Below the pieces are notes generated by a model. It was not told the origin of the DNA. It did no database searches and was given only the letters and a program-made list of their open reading frames with translations. A stretch of DNA of 64,000 nucleotides. Origin: a bacterium (GTDB lineage Bacteria; UBA8248). Each line of letters begins with the position of its first letter. The first letter of the stretch is position 1. The position numbers and the translations under genes were made by a program. The stretch covers positions 2,144,001-2,208,000 of the forward strand of contig CBDBZU010000004.1 in the NCBI GenBank assembly GCA_965213625.1, in the 5' to 3' direction. This document shows, in pieces, positions 19,267 through 29,299 of this stretch.

Positions 19267-19656
19267 GCCGCCTGGAAGGGGTTTGCTGACCTCGATCAGA
19301 AACCCGTTCGGGTCCTTCAGCATGAACATGCGCACGCCCCAGGGAGCGTCGCGGGGCGGAAAAATGACCTCCGCACCTTTTTTGATAAGTGCGTCATGGG
19401 CGCGGTCCACGTCCTCGGGTGTGAGCGTGACGACGACGCCCGAACCTCTTGGTTCCTGCAGGGGTTCGAGATTCCACTTGCGCATTTCCTCATCCGCGAT
19501 CGGCGCGTGGATGACGAGCGAGGTTCCTCCCAAATCATAGCGTACGTGGTCTTTCGCCCGGCTCGCTTCTTTCAACTCCAGCGTTTCGGTATAAAATCGA
19601 CAAGACGCCTCATAATCCTTAGTGATGAGAAACACGGCGGGCAGCGATTCGAACAA
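19258..19656 (-). CDS. VOC (glyoxalase/bleomycin-resistance) family protein
   Basis: FYTETLEL and PRDAPWGVRMFMLKDPNGFLIEV; TTG start preceded by AAGGAG. Confidence 0.85.
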   Translation of the reverse strand: MFESLPAVFLITKDYEASCRFYTETLELKEASRAKDHVRYDLGGTSLVIHAPIADEEMRKWNLEPLQEPRGSGVVVTLTPEDVDRAHDALIKKGAEVIFPPRDAPWGVRMFMLKDPNGFLIEVSKPLPGGSG

Positions 19657-19701
19657 GTGAAGACTCCTTGGTTTTCTTAAGTTCGCCTTCGGAGAAACGG
19701 T

Positions 19702-20385
19702 ATGGCCCATCCCCTGGTCGAGTTGAAAGAGGTATCCAAAACCTACGTCGCGGGTGACGCCCTCATTCACGCGCTCAAAGACGTGAGCTTCCGGGCGGAA
19801 TCAGGCGAGTTTATCACGGTTTCGGGCCCGAGCGGGTCGGGCAAGAGCACGTTCCTGCACCTGATGGGCGCTGTCGACGCGCCTTCGAGCGGCGAGGTTT
19901 TTTTGGGTGGTCGCGAAATATCGAGCTTGAGCGATGAGGGCCTGAGCGAAATCCGCCTGAAAGAAGTCGGCTTCATCCATCAGTTCTTTCACCTCATGCC
20001 GACGATGACCGCATACGAGAACATCGCCCTGCCCCTTATGCTTCAAGGCGTAAAACGGGCCGATATCAAAGAGATGGCCGAAAACGCCCTGGCGCGCGTG
20101 GGACTGGCGAACCGGATACGCAGCTTCCCGAGACAGCTCTCCGGCGGCGAGATGCAGCGCGTGGCCGTTGCGCGCGCCATCATCCACAAGCCCCGCCTGA
20201 TCCTCGCCGATGAGCCGACGGGAAACCTTGATACCGAAAACTCACGCAACGTCCTGGAACTCATCTCCGAACTCCACGTAGAAGACGGCTTTACGATCGT
20301 CATGGCGACCCACGACCAGATGCCCCTGCGCTACGCCACCCGGAAGGTCGGGATGACCGATGGCCGCCTTGAGGAGGGTTGTTGA
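19702..20385 (+). CDS. ABC transporter ATP-binding protein (LolD/MacB type)
   Basis: GPSGSGKS, LSGGEMQRVAVARA, LILADEPTGNLD and ATHD motifs. Confidence 0.95.
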   Translation: MAHPLVELKEVSKTYVAGDALIHALKDVSFRAESGEFITVSGPSGSGKSTFLHLMGAVDAPSSGEVFLGGREISSLSDEGLSEIRLKEVGFIHQFFHLMPTMTAYENIALPLMLQGVKRADIKEMAENALARVGLANRIRSFPRQLSGGEMQRVAVARAIIHKPRLILADEPTGNLDTENSRNVLELISELHVEDGFTIVMATHDQMPLRYATRKVGMTDGRLEEGC

Positions 20386-20562
20386 AAAAACCGGAGAGGG
20401 AAAATTTGTTTGTGTGTAGGGGTCGCATATATGCGACCCTGATTTTTTTAACCCACTACAAGGGCCGCATGTATGTCGGACAAATATGTCCGACCTACAA
20501 AAACCGACCCTCCCCGGTCGCGAAAAGCCCTCGTTCATCAGGGGATTGTTGAAAAAGTCCCC
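20374..20562. repeat. Two MITE-type termini flanking a GTAG REP doublet inside the ABC operon
   Basis: GAGGGTTGTTGAAAAA at 20374 and GGGGATTGTTGAAAAAGTCC at 20541 in the same orientation; GTAGGGGTCGCATATATGCGACCCT at 20416 and TGTCGGACAAATATGTCCGACCTAC at about 20474. Confidence 0.65.
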
Positions 20563-20642
20563 CAAAGGGGTTTTTGCCTTCCCAATCGAGAGTGTTCACC
20601 GTCATTCCGAGCGAGAAGGGGTTTCCTGGAGGAAGCGGATTG

Positions 20643-23237
20643 ATGAGCGTTACCGCCCAGCTTTTGCGGCTTCTCGCCTGGCGGCGTCTCAAGGAAGAGC
20701 CGTTTCGCCTGGTTCTCACACTGGTGGGTGTGGCGCTGGGCGTCGCCGTCTTTCTCGCAATCAAAATGGCGAACGAAACGTCCACCCGGGCGTTTGAGAA
20801 TAGTCTGGTGGCCATATCCGGCAAGACGCAACTCGAAGTTTCAGCGGGCGGTCTGGGTGTGGATGAGAATCTCATCTTAAAACTCCGGGCGATGAAGGAA
20901 GTGAAAAGAGCAACGCCCGTCATTCAGCAGCACATTTGGGTGAGGAAAGTCGGAGAGTCAGGTGCAAGGTGGCGGCGCGGCGCGCCTTCGCAAGGACGCG
21001 CCGTATTGGCCTTAGGGCTCGACTTGCTGGGGGACAATGATTTCAGGGGTTATGAGTTCGAAAATAAGTATTCGCGCGAGGAAGTTCTCTCACGCATCGC
21101 CGACCCGCAGGGCCTGTTCGTCGCCCGGGGAGCAGCCGATGCGCTGGGCGTCGGGGCAGGCGACTTCGTGGAAATCGAGGCTGCTCGGAGAATGCGTTTT
21201 CGCGTCCAGGGCGTCCTCAAGCCAGAGGGCATGGCGAAGTCGATGGACGGGCGCCTCCTCATCATGGATATCGGCGTTGCGCAGGAGGTGTTCGAGCGTT
21301 TCGGCCGTCTGGACCGAATCGATCTGATTCTCGAAGATGGAGGCGAAATCGAATCGATCCGCGAGAGAATCCAGAGCTTTCTCCCGCCCGGCGCGGTCGT
21401 CGAGCGGCCCGCGCGGCGCGGACGCGACGTGGAGAAGATGCTTGCGTCGTTCCAGCTCAATCTCACGGTGCTGAGCGTCATCGCACTCCTGGTGGGGTGT
21501 TTTCTGATTTACAACACGATGTCGGCTTCGGTATTGCGGCGAAGAGGTGAAATCGCCACCCTGCGCTCATTGGGTATGACGTCCAAGGCAATCATCTTCC
21601 TCTACGGGGCGGAGACGTTTTGCATCGGCCTGGCGGGTTCGTGCCTGGGCGTTGCGATGGGTGTGTTCATGGCCCAGGGCGCTCTCTCGTTCATCTCCCA
21701 GACGATCCGGAACCTCTATGCATTCCTGGAGGTGCGCCATGTACCTTTGGGGCCGGAGACACTTCTTTGGGGATTCGGCGTAGGCTTGGGTGTTTCTCTC
21801 GTTTCGGGTCTTTTCCCGGCAATCGCGGCTTCGCGCCAGACTCCGCGCCAGGGCGTCGTGGAAAGGCGCGGAAAAGTAGAGGTGCGGCCTGTGTTCATTG
21901 CTGCCTTGGTTGGGAGCGCTCTGCTCACTGCCCTTATCGCCTACTGGCTGAATTTGGGGGCAGTTGCGCGAGGAACTCCTCTGCCCGGCTATCTATCGGC
22001 GGCGGCGGTCGTCCTGGCCACCGCGCTTTTCAGCCTGCCGGTCGTTCTGTGCGGCTCTTTCATCGTCCGGCGTGTGCTGGGCGGCTCGGTGAACGCCTGG
22101 CTCGCCGCGCACGGTCTGGGCAGGCACCCGCATCGAAACGCGGTTACCCTATCTTCACTGGCGATCGCCGTGGCCATGCTGGTGAGCCTCATCATCATGA
22201 TAGAGAGTTTCCGCGCCACGGTGGAACTCTGGACGCAGCAGACGCTGAGAGCCGATTTCTACGCAGCACCCGCATCGCGCTTCATCAAGGGGTCAAATGC
22301 AAGTATTTCAGAAGATGTGCTCAAGAGCATCGGCGGCGTTTCTGGCGTCGCGGCGGTCGATGGCTTCCGGGCCGTGCGATTGCCCTGGCGCGGGAGGCGC
22401 ATCACCCTGGCGGGTGGGGATTTCCGCATCGTGGCCGAAAGGGGCCGGCTGCTGTTCGTGGATGGCGATTCGAAAGAAACGCTCACGAGGGCGAGGACGC
22501 GCGGCGAGGCGATAATTACGGAGACGTTCTCGAACCTCTACGGGGTGAAAAAAGGAGACCTCCTCCATCTACCGGCTCCTGGGGGCGCGGTCGCGGTGCG
22601 CGTTGCGGGCGTGTATTACGACTACACAACAGACGGCGGCTTCGTCGTGGTGGACCGAAAATTCCTGAAAAAACATTGGGGGGACGATCGCTTAAGTTCT
22701 CTGGCGATATATCTCACTGAAAATGCGCAGCCGGAAGACGTCCGAAAATCGCTCGAAGAAGTTCTCGACCCCACCATGGTGCTGATCTCGAACGCGGGTC
22801 TCAAAAAGCGCGTATCGAGCATTTTCGACCAGACGTTCGCCATCACGTATGCGCTGGAGTTTATCGCCGTTCTGGTGGCTCTTCTCGGTGTGGCTACGGG
22901 TTTGAGTTCCAACATTTTAGAGCGAGTACATGAAATCGGCGCGCTCCGCGCGATGGGCTTGAGCCGCAAGGGCATCGTATCCGCCATCATGGGGGAGGCG
23001 GTCATTATTGGGGTTCTCTCCGTGCTCGTCGGTCTCGCGTCCGGCGTGTGCCTGGCGGCCATTTTGATTTTCGTCGTCAACAAGCTGAGTTTCGGCTGGA
23101 CGATTCAGTATATTTTCGCCTGGAAGGGAATGGCGGTATATCTTCTCGTCGTGGTGCTCGCCTCGCTGGCGGCAAGCTGGTTTCCTGCGAGAGCCGCGGC
23201 GCGTATTCCGATTCGTGAGGCGTTGAGCGAAGAATGA
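20643..23237 (+). CDS. ABC transporter permease with duplicated FtsX/MacB domains (AttF/G-like)
   Basis: Two repeats of TM-periplasmic-FtsX architecture, with RRGEIATLRSLG and ERVHEIGALRAMG. Confidence 0.9.
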   Translation: MSVTAQLLRLLAWRRLKEEPFRLVLTLVGVALGVAVFLAIKMANETSTRAFENSLVAISGKTQLEVSAGGLGVDENLILKLRAMKEVKRATPVIQQHIWVRKVGESGARWRRGAPSQGRAVLALGLDLLGDNDFRGYEFENKYSREEVLSRIADPQGLFVARGAADALGVGAGDFVEIEAARRMRFRVQGVLKPEGMAKSMDGRLLIMDIGVAQEVFERFGRLDRIDLILEDGGEIESIRERIQSFLPPGAVVERPARRGRDVEKMLASFQLNLTVLSVIALLVGCFLIYNTMSASVLRRRGEIATLRSLGMTSKAIIFLYGAETFCIGLAGSCLGVAMGVFMAQGALSFISQTIRNLYAFLEVRHVPLGPETLLWGFGVGLGVSLVSGLFPAIAASRQTPRQGVVERRGKVEVRPVFIAALVGSALLTALIAYWLNLGAVARGTPLPGYLSAAAVVLATALFSLPVVLCGSFIVRRVLGGSVNAWLAAHGLGRHPHRNAVTLSSLAIAVAMLVSLIIMIESFRATVELWTQQTLRADFYAAPASRFIKGSNASISEDVLKSIGGVSGVAAVDGFRAVRLPWRGRRITLAGGDFRIVAERGRLLFVDGDSKETLTRARTRGEAIITETFSNLYGVKKGDLLHLPAPGGAVAVRVAGVYYDYTTDGGFVVVDRKFLKKHWGDDRLSSLAIYLTENAQPEDVRKSLEEVLDPTMVLISNAGLKKRVSSIFDQTFAITYALEFIAVLVALLGVATGLSSNILERVHEIGALRAMGLSRKGIVSAIMGEAVIIGVLSVLVGLASGVCLAAILIFVVNKLSFGWTIQYIFAWKGMAVYLLVVVLASLAASWFPARAAARIPIREALSEE

Positions 23238-24346
23238 GAAAACTATTCACAGCTCTTCTGGCCGCCGTTTTCATACTGGTCGCTGCGCCCGCGCATCCTG
23301 AGAGTTGGCGGCAGGCGCTCCCCGGTTATCGTTACCAGTTCCCACGCGATCACGGTGCGCACGAGAAGTTTCGTACAGAGTGGTGGTATTTCTCGGGAAA
23401 CCTGGAGGATGCGGGAGGAGAGAAATACGCCTTCATGCTCACGTTCTTCAGGGTGGGGCTTCGGCCGGGGATGCCCCGCAAATCGAAAAGCCGCTGGGCG
23501 CTCAGGAATCTATATTTCGGGCATTTCTCGGTCCTGGACGCGAATCGGGAGAAGCACCGGTTTTCAGAGCGAATCAGCCGTGGCGCTCTCGAGCAGGCGG
23601 GCGCGTCGGAGGAGGGTCTCAAGGTATGGCTGCGCGACTGGCGCGCCGAAAGCGTCGACGGGAATGGCCCATCCTCGCTCCGGATAAGCGCGGCGACGCC
23701 CGAGATGAAACTGCGCCTCAATTTGAAGCCCGTGAAACCCCTCGTTATTCACGGCAAGAACGGGGTGAGTCAGAAGGCTCCGGGTCCAGGGCGCGCGTCT
23801 CACTATTATTCGTACACGCGGCTTCTCGCGTCGGGTGCTCTCGAAATCGAAGGGAGACGGCTCGATGTTCGGGGAACGGCGTGGATGGACCATGAGTTCG
23901 GCTCGAACCAGCTATCGAAAGATCAGGTGGGCTGGGATTGGCTGAGTCTTCAGTTGTCCGACGGCCGGGATTTGATGTTATATCTCCTGAGACGAAAGGA
24001 CGGGAGCGTCGAGCCCACGAGCAGCGGCACGCTGGTTGCGGCGGATGGCAGCGCAACGCATCTGCGCCTCGGGGATTTCCGCTTCAAGGGCACGGGCAGC
24101 TGGAAGAGCGAGCGAAGTGGTGGTGTTTATCCCATGGGGTGGGAGGTCGAGGTTCCGTCGCATGGTCTTCGCTTGCGCGTTGAGCCCTATGCCCGCGCGC
24201 AGGAGATAGAATCTGCAGGCAGCACGGGGATCACCTATTGGGAAGGTGGTGTTTTCGCCAATGGCGTTTCGGGTGAAAAAAAGCTCACGGGGGTGGGATT
24301 TATCGAAATGACGGGGTACGCTCACGAGGGACGACCCAAATTCTGA
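23234..24346 (+). CDS. AttH/CrtC-like lipocalin-fold secreted protein
   Basis: Signal peptide; FPRDHGAH..FRTEWWYFSGNL, SHYYSY, AWMDHEF, GWDW and YWEG motifs. Confidence 0.9.
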   Translation: MRKLFTALLAAVFILVAAPAHPESWRQALPGYRYQFPRDHGAHEKFRTEWWYFSGNLEDAGGEKYAFMLTFFRVGLRPGMPRKSKSRWALRNLYFGHFSVLDANREKHRFSERISRGALEQAGASEEGLKVWLRDWRAESVDGNGPSSLRISAATPEMKLRLNLKPVKPLVIHGKNGVSQKAPGPGRASHYYSYTRLLASGALEIEGRRLDVRGTAWMDHEFGSNQLSKDQVGWDWLSLQLSDGRDLMLYLLRRKDGSVEPTSSGTLVAADGSATHLRLGDFRFKGTGSWKSERSGGVYPMGWEVEVPSHGLRLRVEPYARAQEIESAGSTGITYWEGGVFANGVSGEKKLTGVGFIEMTGYAHEGRPKF

Positions 24347-24394
24347 TTTTCTACTCCCCTCGGGGGAATGGATTCTTATGTGTGGAGACGCGAG

Positions 24395-25291
24395 ATGGCG
24401 GAAAGCGCAAAAATCGGAGTCGTAGGACTGGGTCTCATGGGAACGGCCATGAGCCAGAAGCTGATGGAAGAGGGGCACAGCGTGCGGGGGTTCGACATCG
24501 ATCAAAGCAGGCTCGATGCGCTCGCCGCGAACGGAGGCACTCCCGCAAGTTCGGCGGCGGAGGCGGCGGAGGATGCGCAGTTCGTCATCATCTCCCTGCT
24601 CTACAGCCACGTCGTCCGCGAAACCTGCCTGGGCGACGGGGGAATAGCGAGCGTGGCGCGAGACGGCCTCATCATCATCGATACCTCCACGTCGAGCCCC
24701 GATGATTCGGCGCAACTCGGGGCGGACCTACGGGAAAGGGGAATCGGCTTTCTCGATGCGAGCCTCAGCGGTTCGCGCAATCAGGTGCTCGAGGGGAAGA
24801 TCGTCTCCGTCGTCGGGGGCGAGGATAGCGATTTCGAAGCGGGGGAGCCGATTCTGGCGACATTCGCCCGCTCCATCCACCACATGGGGTCGAACGGGGC
24901 GGGCGCGCGGACGAAGCTCGTCATCAACCTCGTGCTGGGCCTGACGCGCCTCGCGCTCTCGGAGGGTCTCGTCTTGGGCATGAAGTCGGGCCTCGATATG
25001 GAGCGCGTGCTCGAAGTGCTCAAGGACAGCGCGGCCTACAGCAAGGCCATGGACCAGCGCGGCCCCCGGATGATTCACGCGGATTACGACAACCCCCTCT
25101 CGCGCATCAAGCAGCACCACAAGGACGTGCGGCTCATGCTGGAGCAGGGCCAGAAACTCGGCTCCCCCATGCTGCTCAGTTCGGTGCACCAGCAGGTGCT
25201 CCAGGCCGCCGAGCATGGCGGGCTCGCGGATGCGGACACAGCGGCCATCATCGAGGTATTCAGGCGCATGGCGGGCATTCCCTCCCGCTAG
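24395..25291 (+). CDS. NAD(P)-dependent beta-hydroxyacid dehydrogenase (HIBADH/6PGD family)
   Basis: GVVGLGLMG, DTST, FLDASLSG, KLVIN and KDVRL motifs. Confidence 0.9.
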   Translation: MAESAKIGVVGLGLMGTAMSQKLMEEGHSVRGFDIDQSRLDALAANGGTPASSAAEAAEDAQFVIISLLYSHVVRETCLGDGGIASVARDGLIIIDTSTSSPDDSAQLGADLRERGIGFLDASLSGSRNQVLEGKIVSVVGGEDSDFEAGEPILATFARSIHHMGSNGAGARTKLVINLVLGLTRLALSEGLVLGMKSGLDMERVLEVLKDSAAYSKAMDQRGPRMIHADYDNPLSRIKQHHKDVRLMLEQGQKLGSPMLLSSVHQQVLQAAEHGGLADADTAAIIEVFRRMAGIPSR

Positions 25292-25327
25292 GCGTATGGC
25301 TCATACACACTGGAAGGACTCGCAGAC

Positions 25328-26923
25328 ATGGTGAAAAGAATATCCCCGGTTGTGCTGAAGGAATTGATGGATAGCTCCAGCGCGTACGCGGTGCTCGACG
25401 TGCGTGACCCGATGGAGTTTCACGAAAAACAGATTTTCATGACGACGAACGCCCCGCGCGGCGAGGTGGAAATCCTTGCGGCGCGCCTCGTGCCCGTGAA
25501 GTCGACGCCCGTGGTATGCATGGACGAGGGCGGCCTCCGGGCGGAGCGCGTCGCTGCGCTTTTTGAGGAATGCGGCTATGCGGACGTCTCGGTGCTCGAA
25601 GGCGGCCTGGGCGCATGGGAGGCGCAGGGCTTCCCCACGGCTTCAGGCACGAACGTGCCGAGCAAGGATTTCGGCGAGCGGATTCACGTGGAAAACGAGG
25701 TGCCCGAAATTACGGCCCGTGAGCTTTACGATCTGATCGATGGCGATACGCCCCCTCGCATATTCGATACGAGGACGGAGGTGGAATTCGAGCGCTTCTG
25801 CGTCCCCACGGGGCGGAGCCTGCCGGGAGGCGAACTCATCCTCCACGCGTGGGATCTGGACCAGGACAAGGAAACACCTCTCATCATCAACTGCGCGGGC
25901 CGCACCCGCAGCATCATCGGCACGCAGGCGCTTCACAGGCTGGGCGTCACGCACGCGCGCGCGCTCAAGAACGGCAGCATGGGCATCATACTCGAGGGCT
26001 TGCAACTCGAAGAGGGAAAACCGAGCGAGATTCCGGCTCCCTCAGATCAAAGCCGCGCCCACGGTGAGGTGCTCGGCGCGCAGGTGGCCGAAGAGGAGGG
26101 GATTCCCTTCGTATCGGTCGAGGAGCTTCGCGCGCTTCAGGCGCAAGCCGACAGCAGCACGCTCTACGTGCTCGACGTACGTCTCGCGCCCGAGTTTTCG
26201 GGAGGCCACATTCCGGGGGCCATCTCCATCCCAGGCGGGCAGGCGGCGCAGCGCACCGACGAGGTGGTCGCCGTGCGTGCGGGAAAAATCGTGACCTATT
26301 GCGATAAAAACGCGCGCGGCATCATGGCGGCATACTGGCTTCGCGAGATGGGGCTCGACGTCAGCGTGCTGCGTGGTGGCCTCACGGCGTGGCGTGAGAA
26401 TGGAGGAGCGCTCGAAAAACCGAGCGAGGCGGCTTCGGGAGAAAGCCCGGCGGGGGCGGGGGAAGTTCTTCTTCTCGAACAAGCGCGGGCGCAAACGCGC
26501 GCCTTTTCGTCGGGAGAGGCGAGCGCCCGGAGGTTCGGCGCGATTCTGGACGTGGATTTGAGTTCTTCCTACGAGGGAGGCCATCTGCCGGGTTCTCTCT
26601 GGGTATCCAGGGGCCGGCTCGAGGAAGAGGCGCCCGAGCGGGCGGAGAACAAAAGAGCGCGGGTGATGTGCGTCTGTGAGGATGGGCGAAAATCCGCCCT
26701 GAGTGCGCTTGCCCTGCAAAAAATCGGTTACCGGAGAGCCGGTTATCTCGAAGGGGGCAAGGCCGCCTGGCGGGAGGCGGGCCATTTCCTCGATACCGGA
26801 CGCGAGGGAATCGATGCGCAGCCCAAGGACGTGCAGCTCAAGCCCTACGACATCGGCCGAAGCGCGATGGAGGGCTACCTCACCTGGGAGGAGAACTTGG
26901 GGAAGAAATACGCCCGCAAGTAA
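25328..26923 (+). CDS. Multi-domain rhodanese/sulfurtransferase
   Basis: Four rhodanese repeats (LDVR, GHIPGA, L.GG..AW); active-site CAGRTRS; VPSKDFGE motif. Confidence 0.9.
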   Translation: MVKRISPVVLKELMDSSSAYAVLDVRDPMEFHEKQIFMTTNAPRGEVEILAARLVPVKSTPVVCMDEGGLRAERVAALFEECGYADVSVLEGGLGAWEAQGFPTASGTNVPSKDFGERIHVENEVPEITARELYDLIDGDTPPRIFDTRTEVEFERFCVPTGRSLPGGELILHAWDLDQDKETPLIINCAGRTRSIIGTQALHRLGVTHARALKNGSMGIILEGLQLEEGKPSEIPAPSDQSRAHGEVLGAQVAEEEGIPFVSVEELRALQAQADSSTLYVLDVRLAPEFSGGHIPGAISIPGGQAAQRTDEVVAVRAGKIVTYCDKNARGIMAAYWLREMGLDVSVLRGGLTAWRENGGALEKPSEAASGESPAGAGEVLLLEQARAQTRAFSSGEASARRFGAILDVDLSSSYEGGHLPGSLWVSRGRLEEEAPERAENKRARVMCVCEDGRKSALSALALQKIGYRRAGYLEGGKAAWREAGHFLDTGREGIDAQPKDVQLKPYDIGRSAMEGYLTWEENLGKKYARK

Positions 26924-26941
26924 CGGGTTGAGCCTCGGCTA

Positions 26942-27388
26942 CTATTCCGGCACTGTGGGGTTCGGCGATGAACCCCGCGCCTGTTTTCTCGCGTTCAGTG
27001 AGGCGATGATCTCGTATTCGAGGGTTTCGTTGTACGTGTTTACCTGTCTCGGAATCGTGAACAAATCCACAACCCACCAGACGCCATAGATGAGCAGGGC
27101 GAGCAGGCTTAAGCCTGCGGTCGCGCCGCCCGCTTCGAGATTCGATTCCGCCATGACGACGCCGAGCACGAAAAAAACGATAAAAATCCACGGGGCGACA
27201 ACATAGGCGATGCCTGTCGCTATTTTCCCCAGATAGAATTTGTGAATCCCCAGCCAACTGAGAAAAAACCAAAGGCCGTACGTGACGCCCGTCGATTTCC
27301 TGCGGCGGTCGAGTTCGATGTTCAGTATGTGGAGTTCGCGCTCGTCCAGCCCGCTCTTAAGTGCGATGAGCCTCACGCTTTGGTTCAT
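26942..27388 (-). CDS. TM2/NINE domain membrane protein
   Basis: KSTGVTYGLWFFLSWLGIHKFYLGK and WWVVDLFTIP motifs. Confidence 0.88.
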   Translation of the reverse strand: MNQSVRLIALKSGLDERELHILNIELDRRRKSTGVTYGLWFFLSWLGIHKFYLGKIATGIAYVVAPWIFIVFFVLGVVMAESNLEAGGATAGLSLLALLIYGVWWVVDLFTIPRQVNTYNETLEYEIIASLNARKQARGSSPNPTVPE

Positions 27389-27390
27389 GA

Positions 27391-27981
27391 TTACTTGCAG
27401 CCGTTATGGAGCCGCCACATTTTCGCGTTGTGGCCCTTGGGGACGTTGGCACAGGGGTCCGCCTTGGAATAGCCCCTGAGCGCGTTGTAGGTATTTATCT
27501 GCTTCTCGGTGAGAATCTTGAGAGTCTCGATGTGCGCTGCCAGATGGACGTAGCGCAATTCCTTTTTCGTTTCGGCGATGGCGTTAAGCGATGCGCGCAG
27601 CAGCGCGTCGGTGATGGATCGGTTGCGGAAACCGCTCTCGAGACGCCGTTCCAGATCGATCAGACGTTCACCCTGAAGGATGGCCCGGCTCTTCATGCGC
27701 CGGTAAATCGCGTTGATGGCCGAGCGCTGGGTGTCGTCGAGACCGATTTCGTTTTTCATCTCCAGAAGATGGATCGGCCCCGGGACGCCGTTCAACTCAG
27801 CCGCCAAGGCCAGCCCCCAGCCGCCTCCGCGCCTGAGTTCGGCGATGTCTTCCGCCGAGAGGCTTTTGATCTCCCGGCCCTGCTGGCCGGCGTATTTGGA
27901 GCGGTGGGACGATGCGTTCTCGTTCGCATGTGCGGTGAAAGCGGGCAACAAAACAGCGAGAATCAACAATAATCTTGTCAT
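27391..27981 (-). CDS. Secreted Spy/CpxP-like helical protein
   Basis: Signal peptide; YAGQQGREIKSLS, ALAAELNGVPGP.H and ILTEKQ (LTxxQ) motifs. Confidence 0.75.
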   Translation of the reverse strand: MTRLLLILAVLLPAFTAHANENASSHRSKYAGQQGREIKSLSAEDIAELRRGGGWGLALAAELNGVPGPIHLLEMKNEIGLDDTQRSAINAIYRRMKSRAILQGERLIDLERRLESGFRNRSITDALLRASLNAIAETKKELRYVHLAAHIETLKILTEKQINTYNALRGYSKADPCANVPKGHNAKMWRLHNGCK

Positions 27982-28053
27982 GCAGGTATCTCCAAGGACT
28001 TTAATTCGGCGGCGCTGGTATGGCGATGTGGTTTCTCTGACGGAGGCTTCTGC

Positions 28054-28338
28054 TCAGGCGTTGATAATGCCGGGTTCGTTCCGGCCGATGTCCCATCCCT
28101 TCGTTTCCATGAAGCCCTTGAACTTGTCCCAATCGAATTTGCCGGATTCATGGAACTCAAGGATGGCTTCCCGTGACAGGCGCATTTTCATCCACTGGTA
28201 GAGCGCCTCCCCGAGCGTATCGTGATGTTCGGCGGCGAATTCCACCAGCGGAATTCCTTCGGGCTCGAGTACGATCCAGTAACTGCTCCTGTATCTTACC
28301 AGCTTCAAGTCTTCTTCCAAAGTCCTGGGTTCGCTCAT
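28054..28338 (-). CDS. hypothetical protein, 94 aa
   Basis: ATG-start ORF co-oriented with neighbours, plausible composition. Confidence 0.65.
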   Translation of the reverse strand: MSEPRTLEEDLKLVRYRSSYWIVLEPEGIPLVEFAAEHHDTLGEALYQWMKMRLSREAILEFHESGKFDWDKFKGFMETKGWDIGRNEPGIINA

Positions 28339-28488
28339 TATCTTGTCCGAGTCCTCGTAATGAATACGGCGGTTCCGTGTGATTTCTCGTCCGGTCCATC
28401 GCCTGCAACCCGCCCGTATTGCACCCTCGTGTCCTGAGAATATAACAAGGCCTCCAGTACAATGGAATAAATTTTGTGTAAAGAATCT

Positions 28489-29151
28489 TCACTCCCATTT
28501 TCTTCGCATCATCTTGACGAGTTCGGCGCCCGATTCGCCCGCGTCGAACCTCCGGGTGAATTCTTCCTCGATTTCCATGACGATTCGCGTACGCTCGCGA
28601 ACCCTTTGAGCTTCTTTTATCGGGACTACGGCCACGCCGTCCGCATCGGCGACGACGATGTCTCCCGGCGCAACCCGCACTCCGCAGCAGGTGACGGGAA
28701 CGTCGCGCTCCGCAGCGACCAGGCGCCTGGAGTAGGGCAGGGGCCTCGCGCCGCAGCACCACACGGGAAGGCCCAACTCCCTGATTTCCAGGACGTCGCG
28801 CGCGCGCCCGTCCGTGACGACGCCCGCTGCGCCTCGCCTGTGGATGACGCGCGCGCCGTTGGCTCCCAGAACGGCCATGTCGCTCGCTTCAGTTGCGAGC
28901 ACGACGAACTTGCCCGGCTCCATCTCCTCATGCGTTCCGTAGAGGCTCACGCGGGAGGGGCTCACCTCGCCCCGGACGGGCTCGAAGCGCATGGTGGCCG
29001 CAGGGGCGGCGACGCGCTCCTCCGTGAAGGGCGTGAGCGGGCCGATGTCCTTCATGATGAGGTCGAGTCCCAAGAATATCGAGGCGTCCGCGATGGCCGT
29101 CGTCGGCGCGCGGGTGAAGAATTCGAGAGCGTCTTCCATGGGGTTCTCCAT
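28489..29151 (-). CDS. RraA/HMG-CHA aldolase family protein
   Basis: GVVTDGRARD and VAPGDIVVADADGVAVVP motifs. Confidence 0.9.
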   Translation of the reverse strand: MENPMEDALEFFTRAPTTAIADASIFLGLDLIMKDIGPLTPFTEERVAAPAATMRFEPVRGEVSPSRVSLYGTHEEMEPGKFVVLATEASDMAVLGANGARVIHRRGAAGVVTDGRARDVLEIRELGLPVWCCGARPLPYSRRLVAAERDVPVTCCGVRVAPGDIVVADADGVAVVPIKEAQRVRERTRIVMEIEEEFTRRFDAGESGAELVKMMRRKWE

Positions 29152-29299
29152 CGGGTGAGAAGCGTGGGTATGAAGGTTTCTCCTGGGCTATAAGAAGTCC
29201 CCTATTTGAAAAACAAGTCTTTATAAATTATTATTCCATATTGCGAGCGTACCAAAGGACCCTTTATACATTTCAAGTCCTTGAGGAGTGCGTGGAAAA

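Noticed and set aside
20574-20642. TTG start at 20574 for the ABC permease
   Set aside because: It lies in repeat-adjacent sequence; the ATG at 20643 follows GGAGGAAG and better fits the expected N-terminus
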